Positions 61,113-64,000 of a stretch of DNA of 64,000 nucleotides are shown one piece after another. Position 1 is the first letter of the stretch. The number at the start of each line of letters is the position of its first letter. Source of the stretch: the human T2T-CHM13v2.0 reference genome, Homo sapiens; the NCBI RefSeq assembly GCF_009914755.1, contig NC_060947.1; one strand, written 5' to 3'. Below the pieces are notes generated by a model that saw only the letters and a list, made by a program, of their open reading frames with translations, made no database searches and was not told where the DNA came from. The translations under genes were made by a program, and so were the position numbers.

Positions 61113-62493
61113 TGATGTCTTCCATTGCATGGAAAGAATATTTTTCTCCATTTACTGCAGTCTTGAATTTCTCTGAGTGATGTTTTATAATTTTTGTGTA
61201 GTGCTGTACCACATCTTGATTAAATTTATTCCTAAATATTTGATGTTTTTGGTACTGTTTTTAATGACATTTGAAATCTCATATTCTAATTATTTGTTGC
61301 TATTAATTATACAGAAATGCCATTGGTTTTCATTATATCTAGTAAGTTGACTAAATTTGCTTATTAACTGTAATGATTTTATTCTTCTGCATTTTTCTAT
61401 GTACAGAACAATGTCATCTGTGAATGACAGTTTTATTTCTTTCCAAATTTTAAACCTATTGTATTTTCCTGATGCTACAGCACTTTTTAGAACCTCCAAT
61501 AGATTGTTGAATGGATAGTGGACATCTTTGTCTTGTTTTCAAACTCAGGGAGAAAATACTGATACGTCACTATGAAGTATGGCATTTAAAAATTTTTTGT
61601 ACATATGCTAACCAGAATAGGAAACTTGCCCTTTTTCCTAAGTTGGTGATAGTTTTTATCACGAATGGACTTTAAACATTGACCATGTATGAAAATGATC
61701 ATGTGGTGTTTCCCTGTTTGTTGCTGTTGTTGTTGTTGTTAATGTGGTGCATTACATTTATCGATTATCAAATGTTAAATCAATGTTGCCTTTCTGCAAT
61801 ATACTCCACCATGATGTATGTCCTTTTTAAGTACTATTGCATTTTATTTGCTCACCCTTAGTTTGGAATTTTTGTGTCTAAGTTCAGGGGTGATATTGGC
61901 TTGTATTTTTGGCTTGATCTTGTAGTTTTTCATTCTTCTAAATTCCTTGTCAGATGTTGTTATCAGTTTTGTATCAATCTTCTAATAAGAGTTCCTAATA
62001 AGGGTTAATACAGATTGGTTTATACATCTATTTGAATATATAAGTATAAATACTTATATATTAAATACATATTTTGCATAATATAATGTATAATATATAG
62101 TTTAAAATATAATGTTTAACAAGGGTTAATACAGATTGGTTTATACAGCTATTTTTCCTAATAAGGGTTAATACAGATTGGCTTATACATCTTCAAATAG
62201 GTAATAATATTTTTATCTATTTTTGGTTGATGACAGCTGCTTATTCCACAAGCATTCTGATTGATTTGGTTATACCATCTTTCTTCTGTTTTACTTTGTG
62301 TACATTAAAATTAGGTTTCTTTTCCTGAGAACAGAGTGTTTGTTGAGACTTGGTAAATCTTGGCTCATGATTAAAAGTGAAATTAATGATTCAAAGTCTT
62401 GGTTGTATACACATATGCAGATTGCTTGCCATTTTGTGATTGTTAGATTTTTGTCATGAATAGAATATATTCATTGATGTTTTTCAGGAAACA

Positions 62494-62662
62494 ATGACCG
62501 ATAAAACAGAGAAGGTGGCTGTAGATCCTGAAACTGTGTTTAAACGTCCCAGGGAATGTGACAGTCCTTCGTATCAGAAAAGGCAGAGGATGGCCCTGTT
62601 GGCAAGGAAACAAGGAGCAGGAGACAGCCTTATTGCAGGCTCTGCCATGTCCAAAGCAAAGA
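62494..62662 (+). CDS. CT45A1: Cancer/testis antigen CT45, first coding exon (56 codons + 1 nt; exon starts at 62488); gene continues beyond the window
   Basis: tttttcag|GAAACAATG; MTDKTEKVAVDPETVFKRPRECDSPSYQKRQRMALLARKQGAGDSLIAGSAMSKAK|gtaagt matches the recalled CT45A1 N-terminus. The family call is secure; the paralogue number is less so. Confidence 0.92.
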
Positions 62663-62883
62663 GTAAGTAAGCCTGTCCTCACGTCCTCCTCATGCTCCTG
62701 CCTCATCCCCTCCAGAGAAACTGTCCTTGTCAAGGTTAACAGTTTCGGCTGACATTGCCATTAACTTCTCAGCAGCATTTGACAGTTGTTCACTCGCTTC
62801 TTCATGAAAACCTTCTAGGATTTCCATTTCCGACAATCTTTTTTTTTTTTTAATTTCTTGTCCGTATTGGTGAATCCCTATCA

Positions 62884-63172
62884 TTTTTTTCTTGAGATGG
62901 ACTTTCGCTCTTCTCAGCCAGGCTGGAGTGCAGTGGCGCGATCTCGGCTCACTGAAATCTCCGTCTCCTGGGTTCAAGTGATTCTTCTGCCGCAGCCTCC
63001 CGAGTAGCGGGATTACAAGCACCAGCCACCACACCCAGCTAATTTTTGTAAGTTTAGTAGAGATGGGGTTTCGCCATGTCGGCCAGGCTGGTCTGGAACT
63101 CCCCCCCTCAGGTGATCCACCCACCTCAGCCTCCCAAAGTGCTGGGATTACACGCACGAGCCACCGCCCCCG
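62884..63172 (-). mobile_element. Alu (AluS-like) in CT45A1 intron 2
   Basis: Complete reverse Alu dimer. Confidence 0.95.
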
Positions 63173-64000
63173 ACCCCATCATTGTTTTTTTCTACATTTC
63201 TTTTTCTTCTCTTCTCTAAATACTGCAAAAAATTCCTGAACCCCAGCATCTCTCTCTCTCCTTCTATTCCACTCTGCCACGATCAATCACTGAGCTCCTG
63301 AGATACCTCCATGTTTCCCATTATTTCCCGCATCAAACACATACCCTCCAACCCTGCAGCCGGGTCATGATGTTGGCATGTAAATCACGTGATGCCATGT
63401 CGCTCCTGAACACCCATCCTCAACACTCCTAAGCACTCAGAACCGACTGCGAAGCAGCTTTGGTCTGTGAGGTTCTGCGTGGCCTGGCCTCCGTCACCCT
63501 CTCCTCACACGGGCCCCATCATCTCCTGACTCTCTCTGCTACTGTCCTTCACCCCGTAGTGCCCGGTCCATCCCCACTCCAGCCCATATCCTTGGCCTCA
63601 CCGCAACCTGGAACTCCCCCTCTGCCTCTGCGCAGGCAGCTCTGCTTTCTCCTTCAAGCCCTGCCCAAGGGTACCTCCACAGAAGGCTCTGCCCAACCAG
63701 CAGCAGCTCCTGGGGCTCCCTCTGCTGCTGTTGCCCACAGGCCTGTGGACTGCTTCCTTACCACTAGCCCAACACTGTATGTTTCATTTGCTCATTGTGC
63801 ACGTACTGTCTGACCGCCCCATGAGGATGTGAGCTCCAGAAGGGCAGGGAACGTTGCTCTCTGGGCTGTTTACTGCTGATCCCCAGCTACCGGCACGCTG
63901 CCTGCCACAGACGATGAATAAATGAGAGGTGTCAGACCTGGAGTGAAAAGAAAGTCACTTTTGTGAGACAGAAAGGAAGGATGAGGAAAATCATACACTA

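Overview
This is primate genomic DNA, almost certainly human Xq26.3. Two related cancer/testis loci lie head-to-head in a background rich in retroelements. On the minus strand (~16945-30318) is a multi-exon SAGE1 paralogue, best read as the SAGE2P pseudogene. It has ten ~141-nt phase-1 repeat exons in a ~388-bp tandem array and INTS6-like C-terminal exons. Its lesions are ATG>ATA, a +2 and a -7 frameshift, two nonsense codons and a terminal frameshift. On the plus strand is the 5' part of CT45A1 (non-coding exon 1 ending at 57215; first coding exon 62488-62662); the gene runs off the window end. The CT45 promoter/exon-1 module occurs three times (~31754, ~51466, ~56806). The rest is a full-length decayed L1PA, a 5'-inverted L1, truncated L1s, ERV1 and ERVL remnants, solo LTRs, MaLR LTRs, a MADE1, many Alus and simple repeats. 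The strongest leads are these. All internal SAGE2P lesions sit in skippable symmetric exons. SAGE2P and CT45A1 exons, splice sites and introns are visibly homologous to each other and to INTS6. A nested inverted repeat with a perfect 32-bp hairpin lies just upstream of a SAGE2P acceptor. Gene and repeat-family names come from recalled reference sequences, not database searches. I found no wholly new biological system, only testable leads.
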